A program made the position numbers and the translations under genes. Of a stretch of DNA of 64,000 bases, positions 61,212-64,000 are shown in pieces. Source of the stretch: Nitrospirales bacterium (GTDB taxonomy: Bacteria; Nitrospirota; Nitrospiria; Nitrospirales; UBA8639); NCBI GenBank assembly GCA_965223295.1, contig CBDCWC010000003.1, positions 1,344,001 to 1,408,000 on the forward strand, read 5' to 3'. Under the pieces are notes generated by a model that saw only the letters and a list, made by a program, of their open reading frames with translations, was not told the origin of the DNA and ran no database searches. Positions within the stretch are counted from its first letter, which is position 1; every line of letters begins with the position of its first letter.

Positions 61212-63119
61212 TCAGAAATATCCGTGGAAGACCCCTAGCACTTCGTTGTCCTGATCATGATGTGTCAATGTCGTGCGAAAGGCAAAATTTTTGGCAAAGG
61301 TCCACCGTTGTCCAACCTCAAAACTGATATCATCTGACTGATCTCCCAAGAGATAGCCTAAATATCCGGCAGATATTCGCCATTTCCAACGATCAGTTAT
61401 TGTGGCGAGGATTCCAGCCGAAACTCCTCCTCCGACGCGGTGGTTTTCCTCATAGGCTCTGCTGACATTAGCATCGAATTCCCCGAAAAGAAACAAGACT
61501 TCGCGTTGAAAGACATGCGTTTTGAGTGCTCCCCCTGCCCCGATATTGAAATGCCCATTGGTGCAGAGATCGCATGTCTGTGTTTTAACCGTATTCATCT
61601 CCATTTTTACTTTCCAGGATGGTGATCGAAACCATGAGTCGATGGGAGCGAGCGAAAGAACATTGGCTAACGTGAATTGTTCGATACGGAAATGATTGCG
61701 TTGATGATAATGCCGGAATGATAAGTTCCCCAGTGCAATTTGAGAGTCCAGAGGATAGCCGGGGTCCGGGTCTAGTAGGTCATGATAGACCGCTCGAAGG
61801 CCAACGTGTTCAAAGAGCTCATTGTTTCTCCACCCAAAGCCGATACCCATACGGGTGGTGGCATGTCCATTTTCGGGGGAGAGCGTAAAAGGTTTGATAG
61901 GAAAGGGAGCAGAAGGTACGGTTATTTTGCTTCGATTAACGAGGGTGGCTTGGTTCAGGCTTTTGTATTTGGCCTCATTATTCCGCTCCGTTCGGCTTTT
62001 GTATCGAAGAAAATCTGATGCTAGATCGAGCAAGAATATTTGTCGGGTCTGCGGGAGTTTGCGAAAGTGGTCGCTTGAAGCCGAAGATGGGTCTTCTATT
62101 AACTGATGTAGCCAAGGCATTTCTGAGTGTTGTACGGCCGCTCGTTTGCGTTTGAGGTGGGTGCTCCCGGCCGGGCGATAACTGATGTCGCGGATAAAGC
62201 CCTCCCGTTGGAAAAGTAAACGGATGGTATCTGCAGGAATCGTCCAAAAATGAAATTGGTCCGTCAAATGAAATTGCGGATCCGCGACTTCTAAGAGGGA
62301 AAGGATGTGGTAGGCACAATTTTCTTTGAAGAAGAAATAATCCAGATACGCATTGCCCATTTCCCACGTATGCATGAGCATTCGGTGCATTTGTTCTGGG
62401 GAAAAGTTTAATCGGTACTCCCAGATGTCTCGATTTTCGATATCTCGATATTCTTGGACTTTAATGTAATAGGGGATGGTGGAAAAGTACCCTTGGTAGC
62501 CGCCGAATATGCCTAACAAAGCAAATTCAAGACCGGCATCGGGAGGGACTTCAGCGGCATAGTTAATGGTATAGCCTAAAATTTTGGTCTGGTCGGTTTG
62601 TCCTTTTTGATCAATACGGAGAAAGGTATGACCAAACATAGAAGCAGGATTGTCCATAAACGCAGAGGGAAAGATTAAAGTAATGGATGCCGGGTTCAGT
62701 TCCTTTAGCCAATGTTCAAATCGTTCACATTTTTGAAATGGCATCCGGGTTTCATCAAAATGTAGATGATGTTGAAGCCATTGAAACCGTGCAATGAAGG
62801 CACATTGTGCAACTTGCTTTGATCGCCCTACTAGTTTGGTAGAAAAGAAATGAGTAAGCGTGGCATGAAGTTCAGCCTCAGGGTGTGTTTTCCCTTTTTT
62901 CGATAAGAAAAATCCTGGGGCATCGATTTCGCTGGTCCATCCGCCAAAGAGGTTTTGCCGATAATGAAGGAGGAGTTTCCAGTAGCGTTGTTGATGGAGC
63001 TTTTTTGTCGTGGCTTGCTGAATTAGTTCTCGAAGATATTCAGAAGTGATGGTTTCGGCTTTAGCCATGACAGGGGCAAAGAAGAGCCCCAGGCATAGCA
63101 AAATAATTTGTGTGATCAC
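61212..63119 (-). CDS. DUF4105 (Lnb N-terminal-like) domain protein with C-terminal beta-barrel
   Basis: WKLLLHY, PASMFGHTFLRID, YFFFKENCAY, terminal F; start trimmed to GTG 63119. Confidence 0.8.
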   Translation of the reverse strand: MITQIILLCLGLFFAPVMAKAETITSEYLRELIQQATTKKLHQQRYWKLLLHYRQNLFGGWTSEIDAPGFFLSKKGKTHPEAELHATLTHFFSTKLVGRSKQVAQCAFIARFQWLQHHLHFDETRMPFQKCERFEHWLKELNPASITLIFPSAFMDNPASMFGHTFLRIDQKGQTDQTKILGYTINYAAEVPPDAGLEFALLGIFGGYQGYFSTIPYYIKVQEYRDIENRDIWEYRLNFSPEQMHRMLMHTWEMGNAYLDYFFFKENCAYHILSLLEVADPQFHLTDQFHFWTIPADTIRLLFQREGFIRDISYRPAGSTHLKRKRAAVQHSEMPWLHQLIEDPSSASSDHFRKLPQTRQIFLLDLASDFLRYKSRTERNNEAKYKSLNQATLVNRSKITVPSAPFPIKPFTLSPENGHATTRMGIGFGWRNNELFEHVGLRAVYHDLLDPDPGYPLDSQIALGNLSFRHYHQRNHFRIEQFTLANVLSLAPIDSWFRSPSWKVKMEMNTVKTQTCDLCTNGHFNIGAGGALKTHVFQREVLFLFGEFDANVSRAYEENHRVGGGVSAGILATITDRWKWRISAGYLGYLLGDQSDDISFEVGQRWTFAKNFAFRTTLTHHDQDNEVLGVFHGYF

Positions 63120-63183
63120 ATGTTGAACAGGGAAAAAAAAGGAAAGATAGGCTCCGGCGACCAGCCGGAGCCTAAAGAAAACC

Positions 63184-63699
63184 TTACTTTGCGGTTGTCG
63201 TTTGTGCCAAAACGGGATGGTTATCCATAGCGCTATAGATGGCTTTGACCACAGCTTTCGGTGAGGTCTCACCAGCTTGGATCAAGGTTGTATATTTTTC
63301 TTGCGCCAGGGCAAAAAAGATTTCATGTTGTTCGGTAGGAATTTCCATTAAGGTGGCGAGTGAAGCTAAACTTTCACCTTGGCCTTGGGCCATTTCCTGG
63401 GAGATGTTCTCAAAATTTACCGACGCAAACACATTGACTTTCTCAGAGGCAAAAATAGTTCCATCATTGGTACACCCTGACGTTCCAAAACTAATTCCGA
63501 ATGTTTGAGAGGGAATAACCCCGTTCGTCGTGGACTGTAAAACTTGGGCACCTATGGACTGTTGTCCCGGGTACGCACTCCAAGCCAATTTCCCCAATCC
63601 ACATCCGGGACCATTGTCAGGATGTGCGGCAATAGCGACCCCTGTTGTTCCAAAAAGAAAAAAGACAGTTGCCGATACGAGAAGCGTCTGTTTAACCAT
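63184..63699 (-). CDS. DUF3015 family secreted protein
   Basis: GPGCGLG, STTNG, TFGISFGTSGC and EMAQGQGESL motifs; aggagg RBS. Confidence 0.82.
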   Translation of the reverse strand: MVKQTLLVSATVFFLFGTTGVAIAAHPDNGPGCGLGKLAWSAYPGQQSIGAQVLQSTTNGVIPSQTFGISFGTSGCTNDGTIFASEKVNVFASVNFENISQEMAQGQGESLASLATLMEIPTEQHEIFFALAQEKYTTLIQAGETSPKAVVKAIYSAMDNHPVLAQTTTAK

Positions 63700-63802
63700 G
63701 CGGTTCCTCCTTAATGAATGGTGGTAAACAAGGGGGTGATTGACAATGTACGCCACTATAACAGGATTTCATCTAAGAAAAAGATAGATAATTGATGCCG
63801 CA

Positions 63803-64000
63803 CTAGATAGGGAGTTGATAAAGGGCTGTCACCAGAGCCTGTGCCGTATTATTCTCATCTTGAATAAGTGACGTATACGTTTCTTGAGCCAGGGCAAAAA
63901 AGATCCCATGTTGGTCCGCCGGAATTTCCATTAATGTCGCAAGAGATACTAAATGTTCACCGTAACCTTGGGCTATTTCCTGAGAAATGTTGTGAAAGTT
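63803..64000 (-). CDS. C-terminal part of a second DUF3015 paralogue (runs off the window)
   Basis: Manual translation NFHNISQEIAQGYGEHLVSLATLMEIPADQHGIFFALAQETYTSLIQ...LPI*, which aligns with the neighbouring gene. Confidence 0.8.
   Translation of the reverse strand, partial: NFHNISQEIAQGYGEHLVSLATLMEIPADQHGIFFALAQETYTSLIQDENNTAQALVTALYQLPI

Overview
A 64 kb chromosomal window from a Nitrospirota bacterium. The 16S sequence and gene content point to a marine-type Nitrospirales nitrite oxidiser; this is recognition by eye, not a database result. Housekeeping content: one complete rrn operon (16S, tRNA-Ile, tRNA-Ala, 23S, 5S), maf, dus, hemL, argD-argF-argH-lysA-dapA-dapB, a fatty-acid desaturase, metK-ahcY, der and several peptidases. 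Accessory or unexplained content: (1) a ~15-19 kb xanthomonadin-like aryl-polyene gene cluster (42.5-57 kb, possibly to 61 kb) with a chorismatase, AMP-ligase, ACP, KS/CLF, two different flavin-dependent halogenase-like genes, and an adjacent B12 radical SAM, beta-barrel and methyltransferase; (2) an uncharacterised operon of USP-rubredoxin-3xPCP_red protein, SPASM radical SAM with PCP_red, CopD-like protein and SnoaL-like protein, with a fifth PCP_red domain at the left window edge; (3) a B12 radical SAM-STAS fusion translationally coupled to lysA; (4) four copies of a ~120 bp rod-hairpin MITE-like element with compensatory changes, one carrying a nested insertion; (5) a small foreign islet at 12.5-15.4 kb (Y1 transposase remnant, Cys-rich lipoprotein, GC-rich VWA protein); (6) a Pseudomonas-type AhcY. 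All product calls come from motif recognition only.
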